Assembly: GCA_964016885.1 (NCBI GenBank) | Contig: OZ024740.1 | Coordinates: 370,698,001 to 370,762,000, forward strand | Length of the DNA stretch: 64,000 bases | Source of the DNA: Eledone cirrhosa | Lineage: Eukaryota | Reading direction: 5' to 3' | Shown here: positions 1 to 12,633 of the stretch, piece by piece | Layout: the number at the start of each line of letters is the position of its first letter | How positions within the stretch are numbered: the stretch's first letter is position 1 | Notes under the pieces: generated by a model | What the model was told of the DNA's origin: nothing | Seen by the model: only the letters and a program-made list of their open reading frames with translations | The model's database searches: none | Translations under genes and position numbers: made by a program

Positions 1-720
1 CAGAGGCACAACCCATAGACATCAAAGCTGGATTTCTTCAAGGAGATATCTTGGCTCCTTTTTTTTTTTTTTCATTGTTGTTGTTGATTACATCCTGTGT
101 ATGCCTATAGACTAAACCGATGAGAAAGGTCTAGAAATTCAATCTAGAAGGAGCTCTCGTCATCCTGCTCAATATCTCACAGACACTGATTTGGTTGATA
201 ATATCGCTTTGATAAGTAATACACTTAATGAATGTCCAATATCTAATAACATCCTTTGAGATGGCTGTAAATTGTCAGACTTTATTTGAACAAGACAAAA
301 ACTAAATACATGAATTGTTGCTAAACTATTGATCTATCTTCCACAATTAAGACGATAGCTATCTTGACTATAGATATCCTTTATCTTTAACTCGGAGAAA
401 AACTGGACGGCTTTTAATTACCTATATAAAATCTGGACTTCAAAACTTGATGACAAATAAAAATTTTAGACTTACAAAACAATGATTGAACCAATTTTTT
501 TATGGTTCCGAAACATAGACCTTGACATCAAGACAACACAAGCGTTTTGATGAGACACACACTCGACTATTAAAGTATGTTAAAAATATATTCTGGGTGG
601 ACATCCAACACTCCAGCCAATCTATGGTTGACTTCTAAGAGTTTCACAGATTGTTAAAGCAAGAAGGGTGCAATTTGCTGATCACTTCCATAGAGCAGCC
701 AATGAGGTAGTGTCACTCTT
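1..720 (+). pseudogene. Degenerate non-LTR retrotransposon RT fragment (RTE-like)
   Basis: Manual translation from the window start gives DIKAGFLQGDILAPFF..IVVVDYIL and RRSSRHPAQYLTDTD, resembling RT QGD/LxP motifs. Multiple stops and frameshifts; right boundary approximate. Confidence 0.6.
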
Positions 721-1596
721 TTTCCTCTGCAAACCGGAGCCAGTCGGCCGTAAATCTCGTAAACTGACTTATCATGATACCACATCTAGAGACACTGGCA
801 TTGGGCGTGATGACCTGGGAGTGACCTAGCGAGATGTTATGAAGTCGATCTCGACTGTTAAAAATCAACAGGGGGGAGTTTGAACTCAAATTAAAAGTGA
901 ATGTAACTAAATACAGAAAGTGCTTAGTCCGATGATCTGTCGTTTTTTCCACCCTGTCATCATTACTAATTGTTACACTAGTCATAAATAAATAAATAGA
1001 TGAATAAAATAGATAAATAAATAAATAAATAAATAAGTGACTGATTGTCTTTGTTCTCTTACAACAGATATTGAATGAAAACACAGTCACCTCTGCATAT
1101 AATTGATGTCTCTACGAGAATAATTTGTATATATTGAAATATTTAAAGATGTTTGTTACTATAATAAACTTTAATTGGTTTTATATGAAATAAACAATCA
1201 TTCTGTTCAAACTATGCAATCATTCGTTTCATTAGCACTGTTAATGAGATTGGGCTATAATTATATTACAAAAGACTATAATTTTTCATTATATAGTTAA
1301 ATGTTTATATAGTTTATTTTCGTTTCTATCTGTTGTGATATTATAATAATGATAGTAACTTCGAAATTGTTAAAAATGGAAACAACAATCATTTTGAAAA
1401 ATGTAATGTTAAAATGTATACATGATGTTTGTTATCGATCTTATGACATGTTATTGACCTTATGATAGATATATATGTATATTTAATTTTACTTTGCTAG
1501 ACTACAAAAGTAGTAGTTGTTGATGTTTATCCCCAGGTCAGCCCTGTTTCAGCGGGCATGTAACCAAATGTATTCGAACTGTTTTACACACACAAA

Positions 1597-2521
1597 TACA
1601 TACATACATACATACATACATACATACATACATACATACATACATACATACATACATACATACATGGTGGCTGCCAACTCGTTTTCGAGTACGGCCACTA
1701 CTTTATATCCATGTAGGAGAACCCCTATCGATGCGCTGAACGAGTGTGACGTTTTAGTCCAGCCAGCGACTTGAAAACTCTGGTACAAACACTACACTTG
1801 TGACAATTATTGACACATAGTGCTGGGCCCATGGTACCATGTGACGACAAGTGCAGAGAGATCTCCAGATACAAAGCAATGCCTGTGACGTGAAGCTTTT
1901 ATAGTGAGCAAAGGCACTGCACAAAGCCAGTCCCACTCTCTTAACCAAGATGATATTTACCAAAAAGAAGAACAAGTCAACATCATTGGATACCATCAGG
2001 GTTGCAGGTGTTATATCATACATACATACATACATACATACATACATACATACATACATACATACATACATACATACATACATACATACATACATACATA
2101 CATGATGATTGCAAACTCTGCTAAGAGTATTGCAATCACTTGTCAGATTACAGAAAATTGTTCACTTTTAGGCTACGGCCAGCGACTCGAACCTGTAACT
2201 CATCCTGAACAAGCAATGCCTGTGCTTTGAAGGTTTTTTTAAGTGGGAAAGGCCTTGCACTCGACCAATCCCACTCTCTGAGCATCGAAAACACTACGCG
2301 AAAAGGAGAACTGGTCAACATCATCGGATGCGCCCGAAGCCGCATGGTTTTTTTTTCAGTGTTTCCCTCTCTTAGAAAGGTGTTGTGAGAACAACTGGAG
2401 GCCTTCCACTCCCACATACATACATACATACATACATACATACATACATACATACATACATACATACATACATACATACATACATACATACATACATACA
2501 TACATACATACATACATACAT
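1597..2521. repeat. Three (TACA)n microsatellites (about 1597-1664, 2017-2103, 2414-2521)
   Basis: Directly visible tetranucleotide runs; they explain the YIHT/MYVC ORFs. Confidence 0.95.
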
Positions 2522-2899
2522 AACATCTTCGACATGAGCAGTCACACATATGACGCATGAGACTATTCATAAAATTGAAGATGAATACTATCTTCAACAG
2601 AAAAGCCACAATTACCAGCCTTGTTAAATGGATATTCTTATAATATTTAATGAAAACAACTTTTATTCGAAATCGTAGAGATATCCGTCTAAAAATTGAA
2701 TTCACCTTACAAGGCATTGCTGCCATCAACATGGCTAGACTCGATGTCAACATTAACAATAATAGTGTAGAATCGAAGAAAAATAACAACCAACAAGAAA
2801 GGGAAACAGAATTATTTTAGTTGTAGTTACAGAAAGAAGCGAGGAGTTACGAACACAATAACGATTTATTTATTGTTATAAAATGGCAAAAAAAGATCC

Positions 2900-4097
2900 T
2901 TCTGTTAGTTATATGCACAGAGTGAACAAATATATGAACTTCGGAACTCTCTGCACACAATAGTGGCCTACAGTGGCATACAGTGTGTTTGCTGTGCCTG
3001 TGTTGACACCAACATTAGACTACTTGACTGGACGCTAGATGAGATTCGAGTCATTGATGTTAAAATCCTAAAAGTTCTGACTGGCACTAGATATGTCCAC
3101 ATCAACAGTGACATATACCACCTCTACCTAAAACGTAAACATGGAGGCAGAGGCTTAATATCAATCCAAACAGTATTTGAGTCGCATCATATCCTTCCTA
3201 CAAACGACCAAGGATAGAAGACGATACATAGAACAGTTGAGGCAGATAACATCTGGAGAGTTTGGAGCTCCTTGTGAAATACTCTCTACATGATAACCCA
3301 AAACTCACATCCAGGAAAATTGCACGAATCTATGGATGACAGAATGCATGCTAATCAGCAAAATATCCTGCATGACTACGTTTCTATAACGCTTCTTCAA
3401 AGTGATAATAATATAGATATGCAAAGTAGCCTCTCTTGGACCAACAACTGGCATATTCGCTCTCATTTTGAAAGATATGCTTTTGCAATCCAAGAACACG
3501 AAATACAGTGAAATAGCTAATGCACAAAAATATAGGGTTGCTAGCAAAACACTTAGATGTGACAACAGGTGCAAACTGCGAAATAAACATGACGGATGTC
3601 ACCCACAACATAAGCAACTGTTCAAAAATGTCCTCACGATACTATCTACCTACGAAGCATGATGTGGTGGCCAAAACACTATACGATACAATCGGTAGGA
3701 AAGATAGTGCTTAGAATAAAAATATAAAAAGATAGTGATGTGAAGGGTATATGCATACATAATATGAAAGAGTAATGGTGGAATGATCCATAAAATACAA
3801 ACCTAACAGGCCAGACATTGTGATATGGAACAAAAAAAAAAAAAAGGTATGCACAGTAGATGTTACTATAATATGCTGGATTATCAAAAAGGAGAATATT
3901 TATCTAAACTAATGAAGAATCTGCATATACTCCACCCTAACTATACCTTTAGATGTGTACATGTTATCATTGGGGCTTCGGGATATGCTACTAACTACCT
4001 CAGTACAAATCTTGAGAAGCGTGGCTTCAAAGAACCAGATAGAGCACGGCTATTCAGGAAGTTGAATAGCCGTTATGAAACTGTGAATATATTTTAA
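2900..4097 (+). pseudogene. Decayed 3' part of an R4/Dong-like (REL endonuclease) LINE
   Basis: ORF fragments SDIYHLYLKRKHGGRGLISI, YAFAIQEHEI, CSKMSSRYYLPTKHDVVAK, (manual) NRPDIVIW and VIIGASG parallel the C-terminal motifs of the intact ORF at 23260-26652, but from a diverged family. Confidence 0.7.
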
Positions 4098-4197
4098 ACA
4101 TTTCAGATATTCAGCGTGTAATAATTGCATAAACATTGATATAGATATATATATCTGATCAAAACATACTGATCCACGAATGGAATAATATTCATAC

Positions 4198-4276
<79 letters not shown>

Positions 4277-4516
4277 TACACAAACGCACAAACACACAAA
4301 TAAATACATATGCATTTACCTAGTCGATGTTGTTTAAATTCCAATGAAAGAGTTTAGTGTCTATGTTAGAAACTCTCTCTCTCTCTCTATTGGTGAAAAT
4401 TTATGAAATAATAAAACTAGAAGAACATACAGACCTATATATATATATACACACACTTACATATACATGCAGTCTTACACCCACACACACATGCAGAAAT
4501 AAACCCACCCACCACC

Positions 4517-4551
<35 letters not shown>

Positions 4552-4900
4552 TTAATACATTAACAGAGAAAGCTTTAAGCGATACTCTGACCAACTCCAT
4601 CTCACTCAACAAACATTAGGATATACCTAAGTAAAATCCCAATTAAGTGTTTGGGGTGCTAACTATATAGTATTCCGTGGAAAATTGGTTGTATTATTTT
4701 ATATGAGACATAATTAAATAAATCTCTCTTTCTTTCCATACGATCGTTTCGTTATAAGATTTCTACAAGTTAGGATAAATAATGTCCAAGTTATGTAGAA
4801 ACTTGTATATAATCCATAGAAATACACACAAGCGGGCCCTTATAACTCATCAGTGGATGCCCATGCAATATCGATATAAAAATTACATCGATATTAATAG

Positions 4901-6891
4901 CACTGGTCAACAGCCAAAATGGTTCTTACATGTGAATATGTGCATCTTACTAATTTCATAGCACTAAATTCAGTTTTGATATTCATTTTTTGCTATCGGA
5001 CCAGAATACCTTAATATGAGATCGAAAATATGTTCCTCGTATTGCATTATTTATCCATTGTGTAACATATTATGACTTAGGTATAAACATATTAACTTAT
5101 TAATAAAAATATATAAACATATTTTTTTTTTTTTTTTTTAACACTTAGTATATTAACAAAACATTTCTGAACAACATTCTGAACATAGCAAAATATTTCA
5201 AAACATTTCTAAACAAATTTCTGGATTTTGCTTTTACGCTTGTTTTTCTGGCTCTCCTCACGTTGCAGTGTCCAGCAGTAGTCGCCCATCATGTTGGGAT
5301 TGAACCGACCCTGATACCTACTCTCCACTATGAAACCTGGTGAAACCTCTCTCTCCATGTTCATCACTGATGTCTCCTAGATTACTTGGGAAGAAATCCA
5401 GATGAGAATGGAAGAAATAAAGCTTCAACGACATTCGTGAACCCAGAGCGCGATAATTTTGTATCATGGTTTCAACAATTTCTTTATAGTTGTCTGCACG
5501 GTGGTTTCCAAGAAGGTTCTGTGTCACATCTACAAATGATTTCCATGCATTAGTCTCCAAAGGGTTTAGTGTTTTCGTAAACTCACTATCATTAACCAGC
5601 ATACGAATCTGAGGAGCATTCAAAACCCCTGCTTTTAACTTTGCTTCAGATACCACTCTACCCAATTTCTTACACAAGTACTGAAACCCATTACCTGTAT
5701 GATCCATGCTTTTAATAAAGTTTTTGGCCAAGCCTAATTTGAGATGTAATGGAGGGAGGAATACTTTTTCTGGATCCACGAGAGGTTTGTACGAACAGTT
5801 GAATCTACGGGTGCATCCTTTGGTCTTGTTGGCCAATCCTTCTTCATGTAGTGCTCCGCATCTGCTCTACTATTCCACAAACATAGAATACACATATGCT
5901 TTGTGTAACCAGTCTGAAGACCTAGAAGTAGACTAATTAAGTTGTTTATGACGATGACGAGCGGTTGTAATGCCGACGCCAGGTTCCAGCAGGTTTCGTT
6001 GCTTCAGTCTTGATCCCAGGAGATCTGCCTTTTCTTTAGACAAATGTAGGTCTTTAATAAGATCGTGAAGAGCTTCCTGGTTAAATGGTATGGGTTCACT
6101 TGTCTCATGTTCGTCTTGATAGTCATCATCAATAGGGGTGCTACTGGAATCAGAATCAGAGATTAGCTCGTGTTCAACAGGTGGAACTGGAACAGGTAAT
6201 TCGTCACTGTGAGGTACTGGTCGGATTGCTGACGAGATATCGGGGTATTGAAGTGTAGTTCGTGTCTTCACAGTTATTCCTTGGATGTTTATATGGTAGA
6301 AGTAGCAATCGTTATTGTGGTCTTTTGGTTCTCGCCACACCATTGGTATGGCAAATGGCAAACCAGAGCTTCGTTTCCCATTCTTCCATTCACTTAGGTG
6401 ATTAACACATGACCTACATGCTATATGAAGCGCCCATTTCTTGTCCTGGTCTCCTAATGGACATTTGAAGTAGCATTTGTAGTTTACTCGAACTGCTTTT
6501 GTGATTGGTTTCTTTATGCTTTCTGGGGCAAAGAGTCCACAAATATAGCAAAATCGGTCCGGGTCATTTACACATATCCGGCGTTCCATCTCTCCCACTA
6601 GTCAAAGTTGTTGTGAATTATCCAAGAATAGCTGAGGATAGTTACAATTCTGTGATCTAAAACAAAGGCAGTAAGTATAAATTAGTTAACAACTAAATAT
6701 AGTGGATACAATTGGATGAAGTAATATGATCCACATAGCTATGGGTCATAAACATGGATATGCTGGTTCTTGAAAACTAGACCTGATACAGCTTAACCGT
6801 TGTCATATTCAGATTCTGCACACTTGGTTACCCTAGAATCATACTAAATTATATCAGAACTATGAAATGAATATTTTTTTGTTGACCAGTG
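4901..6891 (-). mobile_element. Chapaev3-like (CMC group) DNA transposon, internally deleted and frameshifted
   Basis: 12-bp TIRs CACTGGTCAACA (4901-4912) / TGTTGACCAGTG (6880-6891); flanks TAG/TAA (imperfect 3-bp TSD); encloses the transposase fragments below. Confidence 0.75.
5230..6598 (-). pseudogene. Disrupted Chapaev3-like transposase
   Basis: N-terminal Cys-rich CVNDPDRFCYICG...PMVWREPKDHNNDCYF (5933-6598); LPPLHLKLGL, HSHLDFFPSNLGDISDEHGER (5318-5836); shifted-frame RYQGRFNPNMMGDYCWTL. The central part appears to be missing. Confidence 0.75.
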
Positions 6892-8932
6892 TAATTAGTG
6901 ATGGTCTCCGTCAGTGCTAGAAGGACAACTAAATTTGAAAAGCCAGTAGTCCGTCAAAAAGAAAATTCACACTGTCCCCAAAAGGGCTTATTTCGCTTGG
7001 GGATCCAGCTGGATCAGTTAAAGTCCGTTGCTTCTGACAGGACTCGCTGGAAAGAGTAATGGAGGACTTTGCCCCCACAACGCTCTCAGGAATAAGTGGG
7101 CGAAGAAGAAGAAAATATATATACATATATATATGTGTGTGTGTGTGTGTATAAGTAAAATCAGAACATGGGAAATAAGGTGGAAGAACAACTTGAGAGG
7201 TTAAAACAAGGTAAATATAAGTAGAAAAAATGAAGGTTGGTGCTGTATGAAATATATGCCCCAAAATGTAAGGAAACAATGTCACTTGTTCTAACTACAG
7301 CTGCAGTTGCAATTAATAGGAGGAAAACACATATATCTTTTTGGATATAGAGAAATGTTAAATAGTCATCAAACCCTTACCTGACTGCTTGACCTTAGAA
7401 AAATAGCAGTCAACTTCCCAACATATCACACTCTAACGTTATAAAAGATGGGAGGAAGCATTGAATAAGGTAGTGCTATATGGGTTATACCTATAAAAAT
7501 ATAGGACTATCACAACTGAATAACCTCTGATTATAGAGATATTGGATTAAGGCTGGCCCTGAGTCTAAACAGCAACAACAACCAGTGTACAAGCCAATCT
7601 GTGAGTTTCTACGTAGTAGTTTTCACCTGATAGATATAGAAGCTAAGTATCGCTTAAATCCTACCCTACATTCTTAACAACGAGACACATTATATTATGT
7701 TGTCTTGGGTGTGTATATCAGACATGCCAACCTCTAAAAATCCAAACGAGAAGTACATGAAAAATAGGTGCCAGAAAACAGGGAGATACGAGGCAAAATG
7801 GGGAGATTTTACATAATGAAAGCTATACCCATTTTCACAAGAGAAGACATCTCTCACCTCACCCCATCCATGCCCCAAAGGCTATTGCAAATCTCTCTGT
7901 CGGAGGGGGAGAGTTGACAGGTCTGGTATATACGTTGCCTAAGTAAAAGGTTTGGATAACCAAAGCTGAGACGGCTTTGATCAATTAACAAACAGTATAC
8001 ATGCCAGTTACTGAGCTTCTACATGATGGACTTCACCTGCTAGAAATAGAGGCAATATCTCCCTTAAATCACATTGTACCGTCTATAAAAAAAAGGAACA
8101 CATTAGCTAATGCATTCCTGAGTAAAAAAGAAATGCTATTTTCAGGACTTGAAGGTCTGTTGGGTTAGAGATGATCTTTGGCTAAACAACGACAAGCCGC
8201 TTGACCGATAGCTTTCAAAGATACAATAGCCAAAAATTCAACATACAAAAAGAAAGATCAGGCGTTAGGAATTATTCATTCATAGGATTTATAATCATTC
8301 TTTAGTGACACATATAGTAAAACAGGGAAATGTGAATGCGTTGTAAATCCAAATCCCACAATGGCATACTAACAAGATTGTTTGGTATGAACTTGCTACA
8401 TGTATAAGTTGAAAGATTAGATGTTTCCAGAAGCCTCATTTTGGGTTCTTTAGCTAGACGATTGCTACGTGTTGACTATTACGAAGCTTATTATCAACAC
8501 GTTAGGTCGAAACTGAAACAGAAATCGAAACTGAAACAGAAAATATATGAACTCACTTAACCGAGAGTTCTTTCTACTTCCTCGTGTCACTGCTATAGAC
8601 GAGTAAATATTACACTTCGTTTCTAAGCTTCTGTTCTATTGGACGAAATCCAATCAGACAGCAACAAAACTACTTTTGTGAGTGTCTGATGCATAAATTC
8701 ATTAGTTTTAGGCTCCATATTTCTAACTCAATCTTACACTTGTAAATTTGTTTATAATCCAATTTTTGTTTATATTTTTTCACTCGCTGTAATATGTCGT
8801 GAGCCAAAAAAGTAAGAAACAATTACAAAAATCGAACATACGCATTATTGAGGGTGTGTGGTTAAAAAAACAACAGCAACAGCTACACGAATTTTTAAAA
8901 AATCAAATTTAAATGACAAGAGAAACAATTAC

Positions 8933-8974
8933 AAGAAGAAGAAGAAGAAGAAGAAGAAGAAGAAGAAGAAGAAG

Positions 8975-9029
<55 letters not shown>

Positions 9030-9043
9030 GCAGCAGCAGCAGC

Positions 9044-9122
<79 letters not shown>
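8933..9122. repeat. Compound (AAG)n(AAC)n(AGC)n(AAC)n microsatellite
   Basis: Directly visible. Confidence 0.95.
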
Positions 9123-9123
<1 letters not shown>

Positions 9124-9229
9124 AAATAACAATAGCCATTAGAAAATTCTTTTAGTTAGAAAGTTTCATAAGCCTAACGATGGCCGTTTTTTGTCGGAAA
9201 AATAATGACGTCTATCTTGATAACAATAA

Positions 9230-9500
9230 AATAAAATACTCTTTACCAAATACAAGACAGCAGGATGGAGCCTCTTCATGGTCGCTCAATTTGTAAGAAG
9301 TAGTTGCCAAATTCTTCAAAATACTGGATGAGGAAAGGACATATTGGATAATATATTCCAAGGTATGCAATATTTTTCTATTGTAGAGTTTTCCCATTTT
9401 CTGTCGTGTCCATTTGTTTTATTTATGTGACCAAGATGATAATCCAGTTGAGACTTTGCTTCTTCTTTCACTGGAAGCCTATCACCTTTAGCCGAGTCCC
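9230..9500 (-). pseudogene. Possible decayed Penelope-like RT C-terminal fragment
   Basis: Frameshifted EEAKSQLDY..INKTNG / YNRKILHTLEY / SFPHP loosely matches the PLE RT E.E...L.FLD..I....G...YRK.THT..Y...S.HP pattern. Weak. Confidence 0.3.
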
Positions 9501-9982
9501 GAGGCATATCTCATTCGACGCTATTACAAATTCGTCTATCCAATTTCCAGGACTGGCATTTAATTAATGGATTCCGAGGGGATGATAGGCAAGGTTAACC
9601 TCGGAGTGATTTGAATTCAGAGCACAGAGAGAGCCAAAATAAATATTGCAAGTCATTCTTTCAGACGCTCTAACGAATTTGTAAATTCGCTGCATTGATC
9701 GGGAATATACTATGGTTAAAAGACATTATAAGATATGTTTTATCAAGGCTGGTATTGAGCAAAGGAAGATGTAGAATTAGAAAATCAATAGCACCATAAA
9801 CAACTTTACAAGTTTACAAGTTGCCTCCGACAAAGTTTTCAGCCCAAAATGTTTGATGTCTCTGTCTCAGGTCAAAATATATAATCCACTGTTTGATCAA
9901 CAGAAGAATCTGTTCGTAAAATAAGTATGCAAGTAGCTGAGCATCCACAGGGACAAACCTTACACACCGACTGCATAAACAA

Positions 9983-10319
9983 GCCTTATACAATAACTAT
10001 ATGAACAGACCTTATACAGCAACTATATTAAAATACCTTATACAGCAACTATATTAAAATACCTTATACAGCAACTATATTAAAATACCTTATACAGCAA
10101 CTATATAAACAGACCTTATACAGCAACTATATTAACATACCTTATACAGCAACTATATTAACATACCTTATACAGCAACTATAGTAACAGACCTTATACA
10201 GCAACTATATTAACATACCTTATACAGCAACTATATTAAAATACCTTATACAGCAACTATATTAACATACCTTATACAGCAACTATATTAACAGACCTTA
10301 TACAGTAACTATATTAGAA
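9983..10319. repeat. 26-bp minisatellite (CCTTATACAGCAACTATATTAACATA-like), left part
   Basis: About 13 tandem units with a 26-bp period; the array resumes at 16253-16366. Confidence 0.95.
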
Positions 10320-10536
10320 TCTATCTATCTGGGATGGTCACACGCGTGAAACTTGCTGGGTAAGTTCTGCCTAAATTTCTATAGAAATTCTTAACTGTGA
10401 ACCTTCATTTTTATACGAATTTGTAGAGGGACTGCCAGGTCAAATTTTGATCTGGTCAGTCTCTCAAAATATTCTACGCCTTTGGGCGAAATAGTACATA
10501 AAAAGCTTTTTGGGGAAAAGCTAACATTTTTTTTAA

Positions 10537-10805
10537 ATGGCTGAAGCTTCTTCACCAACATTCGAAGGAAGAAAGGGGAAGATATGCTTACAGCTTCCCC
10601 CTACCACTGTCATAGTAGCAGATGTCAAAGACAAACGTCAGCCAGAGGAAGGATTTTCTCCACCTGCTGACCAACAACTTGACGTTGCCATGCAACAAAC
10701 CAAAACAACACAACCAGCGGCACCAGCAACAACAATAACAACAATGCTATGAACGAAAACACAACTTCACAAATGAATTCCGCAACCACTGATCGAGCAA
10801 TTGAG

Positions 10806-10857
<52 letters not shown>

Positions 10858-11309
10858 ACAACAACAACAACAGCAACAATGATGACAACAACACCAACAG
10901 CAGCAACAATAATGACAAGAACACCAACAAGAACAACTCCACAAACAAGGAAAAAAAGGTCTCGTTTGCACAAACTGTCCAAAATACAGAAATATATACA
11001 CAGATTGACAATTCTAATGCCGGAGAATTGCTAAGAGATGCCAAGCAATATATAACTTTGGGGGAGAATGGCGCTTTTAGCATCACTTCTCCCCATGAAT
11101 TGCGTAGAGACACTGTCCTGAAAACCATAGTTTTTAGGACAATCTCAAATACCACCAGAAACCCAACTCAATTAACTCAAAACGAAATTGAGCTGGTTCT
11201 AAGAAACTCCATGAAGGACATTGCCTTCATACAGAAGGGAAAACTCTTCGGGAGTTTATAAATAATAATGAAAGAACAATTGACGGCACAGAAATATTCT
11301 GTGTCGCCA

Positions 11310-11401
<92 letters not shown>

Positions 11402-12633
11402 TCTACACCTTTTCCCCACATACATGGGAAAAAGGACCCAAAAAATAAAAATAACAAATATCACACCAAATGTAAACATCTGGTGGATAATCGCTGGTTC
11501 CATCAATTTTGATGAAGATACAGTAATTTCGATAGGAAAGTCCTCCAGGGGCATATTCAACGGTACAAGCTTAGAAGTTCTGGTGCAAATGAGACCAGAA
11601 CGGATAGCTAGAATACCACAACGTGTTCCTCTGGATGGAAATTCCTACGTAAACATTTCTGTTGAGGGTAGGCGGCCTTCATGTTACCACTGTTTAAGCA
11701 GTGGTCACCTGAGGGCTTCCTGTCCTCAATTAACTGCATTAAAAAAAGGCACTACAGCCGACACCCAACACAACAACACAACCACCACCACCACAACAAC
11801 AACAACACACAAAAACAAACCAAAACTGCAAACACAGTCCCACCCAACCCCTCCACACCTAAAACAACTCCAGAAATACCCACACACACATAACAGCTCC
11901 TCAAAATGTACCCCTCCCCAACAACACGGATTAGGCCTCATCATCGTCACTCAGTAACGATGAGGGAGAGCCTTTCCGACCAGTAAAAAGAAAAAAGAAA
12001 AGACATAACACAAACAAAAGTGCAACAAACACACAAACACCAATACAAGCGACGCAAACAGCACAAACAAAAACACCCCCTCCTGAAAACAAAACACCTA
12101 CTACAAAACGTAAACACACACAAGAACCACAGAAAAAAAGCAACACAACACAACAAAAATGTTACACCTACATAAATACTAACAATCAAACTTTAACAGA
12201 CACCACATATAAAAACCCTTCGGTGGAGACCGAAGGGGAAACTTTTACACACTCTTCGGAGCATCCTAATCTTAAAATGATTAAGATCTCCATAGACACA
12301 CATAAACAGTTAAAAGAAAAATTTCCTAACGACGTAAGTAACCCCTGCGTCAAACCCTATAACCGCGTCCTTTTGAAATGTTTCCCCACCCCCACCACAG
12401 ACACTCCCACCCCAGACACCCCCACCACAGACACTCCCACCCCAGACACCCCCACCCCACCTGACACCCCATCCCAACCAAACATCTCCCTCCCCACCCC
12501 GCCGGAGACCACCACCAAACAACTCCTCCAACACCCCCATGGAAATTGTGCAGCCTGGTCCCCAGGAGACGAAGAGGTGAGTGATTTCTTTTCCTCTTCT
12601 TTTAACTTTTCAGCACCAACATTGCCAATATAA
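10537..12633 (+). pseudogene. LINE ORF1 (gag-like, CCHC knuckle), frameshifted
   Basis: Successive ORF pieces 10537-10752, 10749-11261, 11268-11957 (CYHCLSSGHLRASC) and 12223-12633; interrupted by (AAC)n and (GT)n. Confidence 0.75.

Noticed and set aside
4812-4858. Minus-strand CTGATGA flanked by an ATCCA/TGGAT stem
   Set aside because: No GAAA box or stem II/III; not a hammerhead as it stands.
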